Below, piece after piece: positions 1-11,326 of a stretch of 64,000 nucleotides of DNA. The stretch's first letter is position 1; every line of letters begins with the position of its first letter. The notes beneath the pieces were generated by a model. That model made no database searches and was not told the DNA's origin. It saw nothing but the letters and a program-made list of their open reading frames with translations. The position numbers and the translations under genes are program-made. This DNA comes from an uncultured delta proteobacterium (GTDB taxonomy: Bacteria > Myxococcota_A > Polyangia > Polyangiales > Polyangiaceae), in NCBI GenBank assembly GCA_963782055.1, contig CAWAIF010000003.1:192001-256000 (forward strand). The letters run 5' to 3'.

Positions 1-1
1 C

Positions 2-799
2 AACGACATCCGGGCCAAGGACCCCGACGACGCCGCGGCGGCGGTGAAGAAGCACCCGGGCGACGCCGACGCCCACGTCGACTACGCCGTCGCGCTCTAC
101 CGGCTGCGCAAGGCGGACGAGGCGCAGAAGGAGCTCGCCGCCGCGCTCAAGCTCGACCCGAACAACATGCGGGCGCACTTCATCGCGTACAAGGTCGCCG
201 GCGCCAAGCACGACGCCGCCGGCGCAGAGTCGCACCTGGCGGCGATCCAGAAGGCGGGCGGAGACGGCTACGAGGTGCGCATGGCGCTGGCCGATCTCGC
301 CTCGGAGAAGCACGACGACGCCACCGCCCAGAAGCAGCTCGAGGCGGCGTACCGCTTCGACCCCACGCAGTCGGACCCGCTGGAGGGGCTCTACGACCTC
401 GCGCACGGCCAGAAGCGCGAGGCGGACCTCTTGCCCATCCTGCGCAAGCTGGCCCCGCTCGACCAGCACAAGCCGATGGTGTGGAAGCTCCTCCTGCGCA
501 AGCTGGTGGACGCCAAGTCCTGGGGGGAGGCGCGCGCCGCCGGCGAGAGCGCGGTCTTCGTCGCCATGGCCGACCCGGAGGTGCACCTGCTCTACGCCCA
601 GGCGCTCTTCGAGCTGGGGGACCAGACGCGCGCCCAGTTCGAGCTGGAGAGCGGCATGGACGCGATGGCGCTCCAGCCGAAGCCGGACCCCAAGCTGGCG
701 GCGCGCATCCACCGCCTGTGGGCCCAATCGTTGACCCGTCAAGGGAAGGCCGCCGAGGCGAAGAAGCACACCGCCGAGGCCGCGCGCCTGGCCCCGTGA
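2..799 (+). CDS. Tetratricopeptide-repeat protein, C-terminal part (5' end outside window)
   Basis: Frame is open from base 2; helical TPR-like repeats (AAALKLDPNN, AYRFDPTQ, DPEVHLLYAQAL). Confidence 0.75.
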   Translation, partial: NDIRAKDPDDAAAAVKKHPGDADAHVDYAVALYRLRKADEAQKELAAALKLDPNNMRAHFIAYKVAGAKHDAAGAESHLAAIQKAGGDGYEVRMALADLASEKHDDATAQKQLEAAYRFDPTQSDPLEGLYDLAHGQKREADLLPILRKLAPLDQHKPMVWKLLLRKLVDAKSWGEARAAGESAVFVAMADPEVHLLYAQALFELGDQTRAQFELESGMDAMALQPKPDPKLAARIHRLWAQSLTRQGKAAEAKKHTAEAARLAP

Positions 800-902
800 C
801 GTCACCCGGTCCAGAGACCTTCCAGGTCCCCGCCCGACGCGTAAGGGAGGGCCCGCGTGGGGAGGGGCGCCTCCCGCCCCTCGGGACATGGTATGCTCTG
901 AC

Positions 903-1985
903 ATGCCGAAAGCGATTCCCCTGGAGCTGATCCAGAAGCTCCCCAAGACCGACCTCCACGTCCACCTGGACGGGTCGCTGCGCCTCAAGACGATCCTCGA
1001 GCTCGCCGAGAGGCAGCGGGTGGACCTGCCGACCGACGACGAGGATGGCCTGCGCAAGGCGATGAACCTGGGCCGCGACTGCGGGTCGCTCGTCGAGTAC
1101 CTCAAGGCCTTCGACGTCACCCTGCGCGTCATGCAGACCGAGGACGCGCTCACCCGCATCGCCTACGAGCTCGCCGAGGACGCCGCGCGGGAGAACGTCC
1201 GTTACATGGAGGTGCGCTACGCGCCGATGCTCCACACCCGGCGCGGGTTGTCGCTCACGCGCGTGGTGGAGGCGGTGCTCGCCGGGCTACGGTCCGCGCA
1301 GAAGGACTTCCGCATCGAGTCCAACGTGATCCTCTGCGGCATCCGCAACGTCTCGGTGGAGAGCTCGCTGGAGATGGCGGAGCTGGCGGTGGCCTACAAG
1401 AACCGCGGCGTCGTCGGCTTCGACCTCGCCGGGGCGGAGTACGACCACCCCGCCAAGCACCACCGCCAGGCCTTCCAGCTCGTGCGCGACAACAACATCA
1501 ACGTCACCATCCACGCCGGCGAGGCGTACGGCCCGGAGTCCATCGCCCAGGCGGTGCACACGTGCGGCGCGCACCGCATCGGCCACGGGTGCCGCCTGCG
1601 CGAGAACGGTGACCTGCTCCACTACGTCAACGACCACCGCATCCCGCTGGAGTGCTGCCCCTCCTCCAACGTGCAGACCGGCGCGGTGCGCGACCTGGCG
1701 AGCCACCCGCTGAAGCTCTACGTCAACCTGGGGTTGCGGGTGACGATCAACACCGACAACCGCCTCGTCACCGACACCACCGTCTCGAAGGAGCTCTGGC
1801 TGTGCCACACCGAGATGGGCATGGGTCTCGGGGAGATCAAGCAGATGATCCTCTCCGGCTACAAGAGCGCCTTCTTGCCCTTCCACGTGAAGCAGGAGTA
1901 CCTGCGCGCGGTGAGCGAGGAGCTCTGCGGCTTCACCGACGAGGGCCTCCCGGAGAGGACGGCGGTCCCCGTATCGGTCAACTGA
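903..1985 (+). CDS. add: Adenosine deaminase
   Basis: LHVHLDGS, TIHAGE, RIGHG, CPSSN and NTDN motifs; ATG 903 follows TG-G-TATGCT. Confidence 0.92.
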   Translation: MPKAIPLELIQKLPKTDLHVHLDGSLRLKTILELAERQRVDLPTDDEDGLRKAMNLGRDCGSLVEYLKAFDVTLRVMQTEDALTRIAYELAEDAARENVRYMEVRYAPMLHTRRGLSLTRVVEAVLAGLRSAQKDFRIESNVILCGIRNVSVESSLEMAELAVAYKNRGVVGFDLAGAEYDHPAKHHRQAFQLVRDNNINVTIHAGEAYGPESIAQAVHTCGAHRIGHGCRLRENGDLLHYVNDHRIPLECCPSSNVQTGAVRDLASHPLKLYVNLGLRVTINTDNRLVTDTTVSKELWLCHTEMGMGLGEIKQMILSGYKSAFLPFHVKQEYLRAVSEELCGFTDEGLPERTAVPVSVN

Positions 1986-2007
1986 AGGCGGCGGCGGGCC
2001 GCTCGCC

Positions 2008-2628
2008 TCACTGGCAGATGTAGTAGCCCTTGAGGACGTTGCTCGGGCCGCAGGCCAGGCCGATCTGCTTGCACTCGTCGGTCTGCGCGTTCGGGTCGCA
2101 GAAGCGGCGGTAGCCGGGCACGTTCTTGGACACCTGGCACGTCGTCTGGCAGGAGACGTCACTGTAATAGTAGTTGCCGCCGTAGTACTGCTCGTGGCCG
2201 CAGCACACCTTGCCCTGGTCGCAGTCGGCCTGGTCGTCGCAGTGCACCGGGGTGCCCTGGTAGCAGTACTGGTTGTTCGCGATGCACTGCGTGCCCTGGT
2301 AGGTGATGCAGCAGTAGTCGGAGCCCGGATCGCAGAAGGTGCTCTGGTTGTTGACGTAGCAGAAGGTGCCGGGGTCCGGCGGCGGCTGGACCACGTCCTC
2401 CACCGACGCGTCGATCACCGAGGAGTCGATCGTCGTCGTGCCGTCCAGCAGGCCGGCGTCGGCCGGGGGCACCGACGCGTCGGGCTGCGTGGGCCCGGCG
2501 TCCTGGTCGCCGGAGCCGGAGTCGACGGGCCCGCCGCCGGCGTCGTCGAAGAGCTCGGTCGCCACGGCGCCGCCGCAGCCGACCAGAAATGCTCCCCCGA
2601 GCGCGCCTACGACGAAGAGCTTGTGCAT
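2008..2628 (-). CDS. Cys-rich lipoprotein (hypothetical)
   Basis: Lipobox FLVGC, acidic DAG/DSG linker, C-terminal domain with CC pairs; start taken at MHKLF. Confidence 0.75.
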   Translation of the reverse strand: MHKLFVVGALGGAFLVGCGGAVATELFDDAGGGPVDSGSGDQDAGPTQPDASVPPADAGLLDGTTTIDSSVIDASVEDVVQPPPDPGTFCYVNNQSTFCDPGSDYCCITYQGTQCIANNQYCYQGTPVHCDDQADCDQGKVCCGHEQYYGGNYYYSDVSCQTTCQVSKNVPGYRRFCDPNAQTDECKQIGLACGPSNVLKGYYICQ

Positions 2629-2651
2629 CCCGATGACCTTCCTGGACTCTC

Positions 2652-3278
2652 TCAGTTGCCGATGCAGATGGGGTAGCCGATGAGCGAGCACTGGCTCACC
2701 TTGCAGGTGGCGTTCACCCCGCAGGAGTTGACCTGCTGCGGATCGCACCCCACCTCGAACTCACCCGCCTGCCCGTTGCACGAGGACTGGCAGGCGGTCT
2801 GCGTCGCGAGCGTGCACTGCTGGCCCTGCACCACCTGCGCGCAGCACACGTCGCCCGCGCTGCCCTGCGAGACGCAGTTCTCCTTGCTCGAGCAGGTGAT
2901 GGCCACGTCGCCGAAGGAGGTGCATTTGGCCGAGTCGGCGTTGGCCATGCACGTGTACGTGTACGCGTTGCTGACGTTGCCGGAGCGGCAGCAGAACTCG
3001 CTCTGCGCGCTGCACGTGGTGCCGCCGCAGTGGATCTTGCTGTCCGGTGGGCCCACCGGGACGTCGGGCTGGTCCACGTCGACCGTCGTCGGGCCGTCGT
3101 CGACGGGCGACGCGTCCTGCACCGGCGGCCCGGCGTCCTTGCGCGTCGTCGCGTCCTGATCGCCGGCGTCGGTCTTCGTCCCGTTCGGGGCGGCGTCGCC
3201 TTGCAGATCGCTCGTGGTGGCCCCGCCGCACGCGGCGAGCATCAGAGACAAACCCATCCAAGCAAGCCCGATTCTCAT
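2652..3278 (-). CDS. Cys-rich lipoprotein, paralog of the adjacent gene
   Basis: Lipobox LAAC, DAG linker, similar Cys spacing ending CDP...G-Y-x-IC. Confidence 0.75.
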   Translation of the reverse strand: MRIGLAWMGLSLMLAACGGATTSDLQGDAAPNGTKTDAGDQDATTRKDAGPPVQDASPVDDGPTTVDVDQPDVPVGPPDSKIHCGGTTCSAQSEFCCRSGNVSNAYTYTCMANADSAKCTSFGDVAITCSSKENCVSQGSAGDVCCAQVVQGQQCTLATQTACQSSCNGQAGEFEVGCDPQQVNSCGVNATCKVSQCSLIGYPICIGN

Positions 3279-3450
3279 GGCAGCTCCCGTGAAAACGAAG
3301 CGCGCCGGCCCGGCACGCGAGCCTCGTCAGTATGCGCGCCCGGGACACGTCGTGCAATCGTACGCCGCCTCCGTTGCCCTCCCCGACGAAGCGGAGGCTG
3401 GGGGTCGTGGTGGCGGAGGGCTAGAATGTGTTACAGGCGCCCGCCGCACC

Positions 3451-4420
3451 ATGACGACCCCGAAGACCACCACCCCGCGCCCCGCCGCGGCCGCGCCCCA
3501 TCCGCACGGCATCGACCGGGCCATGGAAGCGGTCGAGCTGGCCGCGCGCGTCTCGGAGAAGGGGCTCCCCCCCGGCGCGGTCGTGCCGGCCACGGTGGAA
3601 GACTACCAGGCGCTCGCCAAGCTGGACCCGCGGGCGCTGCGCCAGGCGCTGGACCGCGTCGTCATGGGCAACGACCCGGAGGGCGGCCTGGACGTGCTGC
3701 TCGCCGCCGGCGCGCTCGATGCCCTCTTCCCGGAGGTCAAGGCGATGGTCGGCTTCGGCGACGGAGAGTGGCGGCACAAGGACGTGTGGAAGCACACCAA
3801 GCAGGTGGTGCGGCAGGCCGTGCCCCGCATCGAGGTGCGCTGGGCCTGCCTCTTCCACGACATCGGCAAGGTGAAGACGCGCAGCATCAGCCCGGACGGA
3901 AAAGTGCACTTCTTCGGTCACGCGGAGGTCGGCACGCGCATGTTCGACAAGCTGGACCGCCGCATGCCGCTCTTCTCCCCGGAGCCGGCGCTCAAGGACA
4001 CCGTGCGCTTTCTCATCCTGCATCACCTGCGGGCGAACCAGTACGAACCGAGCTGGACCGACAGCGCGGTGCGCCGCTTCGCGCGGGAGCTGGGAGCGCA
4101 CCTGGACGACCTGCTCTGCCTCGCCCAGGCGGACATCACCACCAAGCGTCCGGAGAAGAAGCGCAAGGGTCTCTCGCAGATCAACGAGCTGGCCGATCGC
4201 ATCCGCGCGCTCGCCGCGGAGGACGCCAGGGTCCCGCCGCTGCCGTCGGGCGTGGGCGACGCGCTGATGAAGGCGTTCGGCCTCCCGCCGTCGCGTCTGG
4301 TGGGGGACATCAAGCGCGCGCTGGAGGCGGCGGTCGCGGCGGGGGAGATCGCGCCGCACCTGGAGAACGAGGCGTACGTGGAGTTCGTCGCGAAGGACCG
4401 GGCGCGCTTCGGGATTCTGA
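3451..4420 (+). CDS. HD-domain phosphohydrolase resembling the C-terminal half of CCA-adding enzymes; true stop probably at 4420 (apparent +1 indel)
   Basis: HKDVWKHT, LFHDIGK, GHAEVG, HH and ADIT motifs. As written the ORF runs to 4743, ~300 nt into the convergent kinase; removing one T from GGGATTCTGA gives GGG ATC TGA. Confidence 0.75.
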
Positions 4421-4439
4421 AGCGCCCTCCGCCGCGCGG

Positions 4440-6413
<1,974 letters not shown>

Positions 6414-6467
6414 CGGACCTCTCGGGATAGCACACCTCCCCGCGCGCCGCCGCGGATGCCGGCGCGC

Positions 6468-7166
6468 TCAGAGGTCGAAGCCGACGCCCACCGCAAGGCC
6501 CACGCTGACGATGTCGTCGCCCGCCTTCGGGATCACCGCCCCGGGCTTCCCCTGGATGGACCGGCCCCCGCCGGCGCCCGCGTCACCGTAGAGGCTGCCG
6601 GTGAAGCCGAAGCCGATCCGGCTCGTCAGCTCGAAGAAGAGCTGCCACGGCTTGCGGAAGCGGTAGGAGACGCCGACCGAGAGGGGGACCTCGAAGAAGC
6701 CTCCGCCGGCGGCGTCCACGCGCACTGGCTGGGGTGCGTTGCCGTTCGGCGCGATCGTCGTGTCGTAGCCCGCCGAGTAGGCCCCGACGTAGCCGAAGCC
6801 CGCCGCGAACCACGACCGCCACTGCCGGCGCGGCCAGGGTGGGGTGATCTTGATGCGGAGCCCACCGCCGAACAGCCCGCGGGGAGCCACCCCGTCCGTC
6901 GTCGCCGACACCTCGCCGGTCGCGTAGGCGCCCACGCGCAGCAGGGGGAAGATCGCGATGTGACCCTCCAGCCAGAGCGCGGGCCCGAACGCGGCCGCCG
7001 CGCCGCCGGGCGGCGTGTCGGAGAGGAAGCGCGCCTGCGCGCCGGCGAGGATCTCCGCGTCGCCGCGGACCTGCGCGCGCGCCGGGCGAGGCGCCGCGAC
7101 GCACGCCACGCCGAGGGCGATCGCCGCCGCCGCGCGCACCCACCTCCGTCGGTCGTGCCCGCTCAT
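6468..7166 (-). CDS. Putative outer-membrane beta-barrel protein
   Basis: Signal peptide (ARA-Q), alternating amphipathic strands, terminal VGVGFDL. Confidence 0.6.
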   Translation of the reverse strand: MSGHDRRRWVRAAAAIALGVACVAAPRPARAQVRGDAEILAGAQARFLSDTPPGGAAAAFGPALWLEGHIAIFPLLRVGAYATGEVSATTDGVAPRGLFGGGLRIKITPPWPRRQWRSWFAAGFGYVGAYSAGYDTTIAPNGNAPQPVRVDAAGGGFFEVPLSVGVSYRFRKPWQLFFELTSRIGFGFTGSLYGDAGAGGGRSIQGKPGAVIPKAGDDIVSVGLAVGVGFDL

Positions 7167-7188
7167 CCCGCCCAGCCTAGCCTACCGC

Positions 7189-8049
7189 TCAGCTCGGCGC
7201 CGAGCGGCGGGCGCCAAGGCGATCCATCTCGTCCTTCAAGCCGGGCAGGGAGGGGTCGAGCGCCGCCGCGCTCGCGAGGTCGGCGCGCGCCGCCTCCACC
7301 GCGCCCAGGCGCCCCGCCAGCACGCCCCGGTCGCGCAGCAGCGCGGCCGACTTCGGGGAGAGCAGCACCAGCCGGTCCACCGCGAGCAGCGCCCGCGACA
7401 GGTCGCCGCGGGCGAGGTGCACGCCGCGCAGGTTCATGAGCCACCGCGCCAGGATCGCCCGGGGCGTCGCGGCGGCGAGCAGCTCCGGCCGCATCACCGC
7501 CGGCGCGCTGGCCTGGCCTGCGACCCGCCGCACCAGGGCGCCCACCGCCACGGCGTCGAGCACGCGCCCGCCGAAGAAGGGGTCCACCAGCGCGTCGTCC
7601 TCGCCCGGACCCCCGCAGACGCGCAGCAAGAAGTGCCCCGGGAAGCCGACGCCGCGCGTGGTGACGCCTGCGCGCCGCGCGACCTCCCCGTAGACCACCG
7701 CCAGGGAGATGGGAATGCCCAGCCGTCGCTCCAGCACGTCGGACAGCAAGCTGTTGCGCGGGTCGTAGTAGTCGTCCTCGTTGCCGGCGAAGCCGAGGGT
7801 CTCGTAGACATGGCCGGAGAGGGCCAGCGCCCGCTCGTGCGCGGTCGTGCCCGACCAGTCGCGGGTCACGGGCGCGGCGAGCTCGTCGAAGCGGCCGAGC
7901 AGGGCGTCCACGTCCAGGCCGGCGTAGGCGTCGCGGGCGATGAGCGCGGCGCCGAGGACGGCCAGCTCCTGCGCGGCCCCGCCGTGGAGGCGCTCTTCCT
8001 CGTCGAGCCGGGCGGCCAGCTCCTCGAACGTGCGGGGTCGCGGCGCCAT
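7189..8049 (-). CDS. SirB1-family (transglutaminase-like + TPR) protein
   Basis: YYDPRNSLLSDVLERRLGIPISL, GFPGHFL, VDPF, C-terminal RDRG TPR. Confidence 0.88.
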   Translation of the reverse strand: MAPRPRTFEELAARLDEEERLHGGAAQELAVLGAALIARDAYAGLDVDALLGRFDELAAPVTRDWSGTTAHERALALSGHVYETLGFAGNEDDYYDPRNSLLSDVLERRLGIPISLAVVYGEVARRAGVTTRGVGFPGHFLLRVCGGPGEDDALVDPFFGGRVLDAVAVGALVRRVAGQASAPAVMRPELLAAATPRAILARWLMNLRGVHLARGDLSRALLAVDRLVLLSPKSAALLRDRGVLAGRLGAVEAARADLASAAALDPSLPGLKDEMDRLGARRSAPS

Positions 8050-8145
8050 CCCGGGTGTTTTCCACCGAACCGATCCCGCGCGCAAGGCCGGTGGGCACGG
8101 AGCGGCTTGACGCGTCCCGCCAGGTCGGGTCAAACACGCCGCACC

Positions 8146-9348
8146 ATGGCCAAGGCCGCCTCCGTGACCCGCAAGGCGACGCTCCGCAAGGACTTCGAGC
8201 GCGCAAAGAACGTGCATCCTACAGGTATCACCGGGAAGGAGCGCCCCGCCGACATCATCGGCAACATGTTCCCGGCGTACGTGGGCCGCCAGGAGCGCAC
8301 CGCCTACGACCTGATGCGCCGCAGCGCGCGGGAAGACTGCTGCGTCTTCCTCGCGTTCTCCGGCGCGATGACACCGGCGGGCCTCCACCAGTCGTGCCTC
8401 ATCCCGCTGCTGGAGCGCGGCCTGGTGGACGTCATCACCACCACCGGCGCCAACCTCTACCACGACGCGCATCGCATCATCGGCCACCGCATCCGCGAGA
8501 TCGAGCCGAACGCCGGCGACCTTCAGTACCGCCTCGCGCGCATCATTCGGATCTACGACCTGGGCTTCTGGGAGGAGACGCTCCTGGAGACCGACCGCCT
8601 CTTCTCGGCCATCCTGCGCAAGCCGGAGTTCCAGAAGCGCATGACCACGCCGGAGCTGCACTACCTGCTCGGCAAGAACCTGGCGGCGATCGAGGAGGCG
8701 CTGGGCGTGACCAGCCCGTCGCTCCTCTCCACCGCGTACCGCTTCGGCGTCCCCATCTTCGTCGGCGCGGTGCAGGACGGCTCCATCTTCCTCAACATCG
8801 TGAAGCTGAAGCGTCTGCTGGGGAAGGAGTTCAAGCTGGAGATCGACGTCAACGACGACGTCTTCGAGATGGGGGCGATGCAGCACCACTGCTTCGGCAC
8901 CCTCAAGAAGAAGATGGCGGTGTGGATCCTCGGCGGCGGCGTGCCGAAGAACTACACGCTGCAGGGCGAGCCGCTCCTCGACCAGATCCTGGGCGTGCCG
9001 ACGCACGGCTTCGACATCGATCTTCAGCTGTGCGTCGACCCCGTGGACAACGGCGCGCTGTCGTCGTGTCCGGCGGGCGAGGGCCACACCTGGGGCAAGG
9101 TCTCGGCCGAGAGCGTGGCCACCGGCTCGGTGTACGTCCACACCGACGTGACGGCCGTCTTCCCCTGGCTCACCTACGCGCTGCTCTCCGACTCGCGCGT
9201 GCACAAGAAGCCGCGCCGCCTCTACGACGCGCGCGCCGCCGCCCTGGCCGCGCTCCAGAAAGAGGTCGACAAGCGCAAGAAGAAGCTCCGCGCCACCATC
9301 GACTACCCGCTCCCCAGGCCGACCCGCGCCAAGGCCGCGAGGCGATGA
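8146..9348 (+). CDS. Deoxyhypusine synthase-like protein (possible homospermidine synthase)
   Basis: SGAMTPAG, TTGANLYHD, GGGVPKN, GALSS...TWGK motifs. Confidence 0.88.
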   Translation: MAKAASVTRKATLRKDFERAKNVHPTGITGKERPADIIGNMFPAYVGRQERTAYDLMRRSAREDCCVFLAFSGAMTPAGLHQSCLIPLLERGLVDVITTTGANLYHDAHRIIGHRIREIEPNAGDLQYRLARIIRIYDLGFWEETLLETDRLFSAILRKPEFQKRMTTPELHYLLGKNLAAIEEALGVTSPSLLSTAYRFGVPIFVGAVQDGSIFLNIVKLKRLLGKEFKLEIDVNDDVFEMGAMQHHCFGTLKKKMAVWILGGGVPKNYTLQGEPLLDQILGVPTHGFDIDLQLCVDPVDNGALSSCPAGEGHTWGKVSAESVATGSVYVHTDVTAVFPWLTYALLSDSRVHKKPRRLYDARAAALAALQKEVDKRKKKLRATIDYPLPRPTRAKAARR

Positions 9349-10722
9349 CGTCCGGCCGGCCGCAGGCCGAAGGCGGGGCGCTCCCGCGGCCGGCGAGGCC
9401 GGCGCCGCAGCCGCAGCCGCCGGGCTCGCTGCGCGAGCGTACCGTCGCCCAGTGCGTGGAGGCCATCCGCGCGCGCAACGTGGACCTGCGCGCGGTGCTG
9501 CACGTCCTGCCCCAGCCGGACGACCCGGGCACGGGGGGCGCGCTCGCCGGCGTGCCCTTCGTGCTCAAGGACGTGTGGGACACCGCCGGCATCCCCACCA
9601 CCGGCGGGTCGTGGCGCCACCGCGATCGCGTCCCGCGCGAGTCCAGCCGCGTCCACCTGGCGCTGCGCGGCACCGGCGCGGTGCTGCTCGGCAAGAGCAA
9701 CCTGGCCGACATGGCCTTCTCCATCGAGAGCGACAACCACCTGCTCGGCTCGGTGCGCAACCCGCACGATCTCTCCCGCACCGCGGGCGGGAGCACCGGC
9801 GGCGGCGCGTGCGCAGTCGCCGCGGGCATGGCGAGCTTCGAGTGGGGCACCGACTTCGGCGGATTCCATCCGGCTGCCCGCCGCCTTCTGCGGCGTGGTG
9901 GGGCTGCGCCTCTCGGCGGAGACGTGGTCGGTCGATCGCGAGCACTTCCCGCGCCTCGCGCCGCGCTTCTGGTCCTTCTGCGGCATGGGCCCGCTGACGC
10001 GATCGGTCGCCGGCGCGCGGGAGGTGGTCGACGCGCTCGCGCCGGCCCTCCGGCAGAAGGATCCCCGCCCGGAGATCGACCCCGACCGCGTCCTCCTCTA
10101 CGCGCCCGACGCCGCGCACCGCGGCGTGTGGCCTTCCTTCGAGGCGGACGCCCTGTCGCTGCTCGAGCACGCGGGGGTACGCGTCGACCGCGCCCACGCG
10201 CTGCCGCCGCCCGGGCAGGTCTCGGCCGTCTTCGACCGCTACCTCTGCGCGCACTTCCTGGACTTCATCGGCCAGGAGGAGCTCGCGCTGGGCGAAGGCG
10301 TGCTCGCCGCGCTCGCCGGCCTCCTCACGCGCGGCAAGCTGGACAAGCGCATTCACCCGGCGAGCGGCGCCCTCTTCGCGATCGCCGGCGCGGGCCGTCT
10401 CGTGTACCGCGACGCCGACCGCCAGACACGTGCGCTGGAGCGACTGCGCGAGTCGGTCCGCGACGTGTGGCGGTCCGGCCGGCTCATCGTGGCGCCCACC
10501 ACGACGTCCCTCCCGCCCCGGCACGGGCGCGCGGTGCTCGCGCTGCGCGCCCCCACCTTCGCGAAGCTGGGGAACCTCGTGGACGCCACGGCGCTGGCGC
10601 TGCCCTTCGGGCGTTTCGCCGGGACCGCGCTGCCGCGCTCCCTCCAGATCGTCGGCCCGCCGGGCTCCGAGCGCGAGGTGCTCGACCTCGCCGCGCGGCT
10701 GGAGCGCGAGGCGCGGTCCTGA
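9345..10722 (+). CDS. Amidase-signature family enzyme with an apparent +1 frameshift at ~9864
   Basis: KD, GKSN, GGSTGG, then GTDFGG / SIRLPAAFCG split across frames at GGATTCC; ATGA overlap with the DHS stop. Confidence 0.8.
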
Positions 10723-10730
10723 CCCAGGCC

Positions 10731-11141
10731 TCAGTCCTCGATCGCCGCGCCGCCGAGGAGCTGGAAGACCCCCATCGCCGACTCCGGGCTGTCGTACTCG
10801 AAGGCGAGCCCGGCGCGCCCCGGAACGTGCGGCCGCGGCGGCACCCACCACGCCACGCGCGCGGGCACCACCAGCGGATCCCACCGGTCGGGAGTGATGA
10901 AGGCGAGGCGCACCGAGTCCCCCTTCGCCGCCGTCACCCGGCTCTCGCTCAGCCGCTCCGGAAGCTCCACGCACGCGCCGCCCAGCCCCAGGTTCAGCAC
11001 GCCCAGGTCCGCCTCCCACCCCGCCTCGGCATGAATGAGCGTCGCCGCGAGCCGGACACGTCGCCGCGCGTGGGCGCGGAAGCGAGGCCCCTCGGCCGGC
11101 TCCGTGCAATCGGACCGGGCGGTGTCTTCGCTCTCCATCAT
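10731..11141 (-). CDS. Stand-alone PilZ-domain protein
   Basis: RAHAR (RxxxR) and NLGLGG motifs; typical ARVAW...AGLAF beta strands. Confidence 0.78.
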   Translation of the reverse strand: MMESEDTARSDCTEPAEGPRFRAHARRRVRLAATLIHAEAGWEADLGVLNLGLGGACVELPERLSESRVTAAKGDSVRLAFITPDRWDPLVVPARVAWWVPPRPHVPGRAGLAFEYDSPESAMGVFQLLGGAAIED

Positions 11142-11326
11142 GGACCCGGCCGCGAACCGTAACACGGGCGGGCTCCCAGCAGACCCCCGCCCGCAACCCC
11201 CCGAAACCCGCCGAAATCGAGGGCCGGGGGCAGGTCGTGAAATGTACGGTCCAGTTGGCCATTTCCTGCCGCGAAGGGTTAGGATGGCCCGGTGACTCGA
11301 CCTGGTTTCGGCCCCGAGGCGATGGA

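Noticed and set aside
8107..8133. TTGAC-N17-GTCAA inverted repeat upstream of the DHS-like gene
   Set aside because: Only 5-bp arms; TTGACG is more simply a -35 element
9861..9870. Programmed ribosomal frameshift in the amidase
   Set aside because: No slippery heptamer, and the break is inside the catalytic motif
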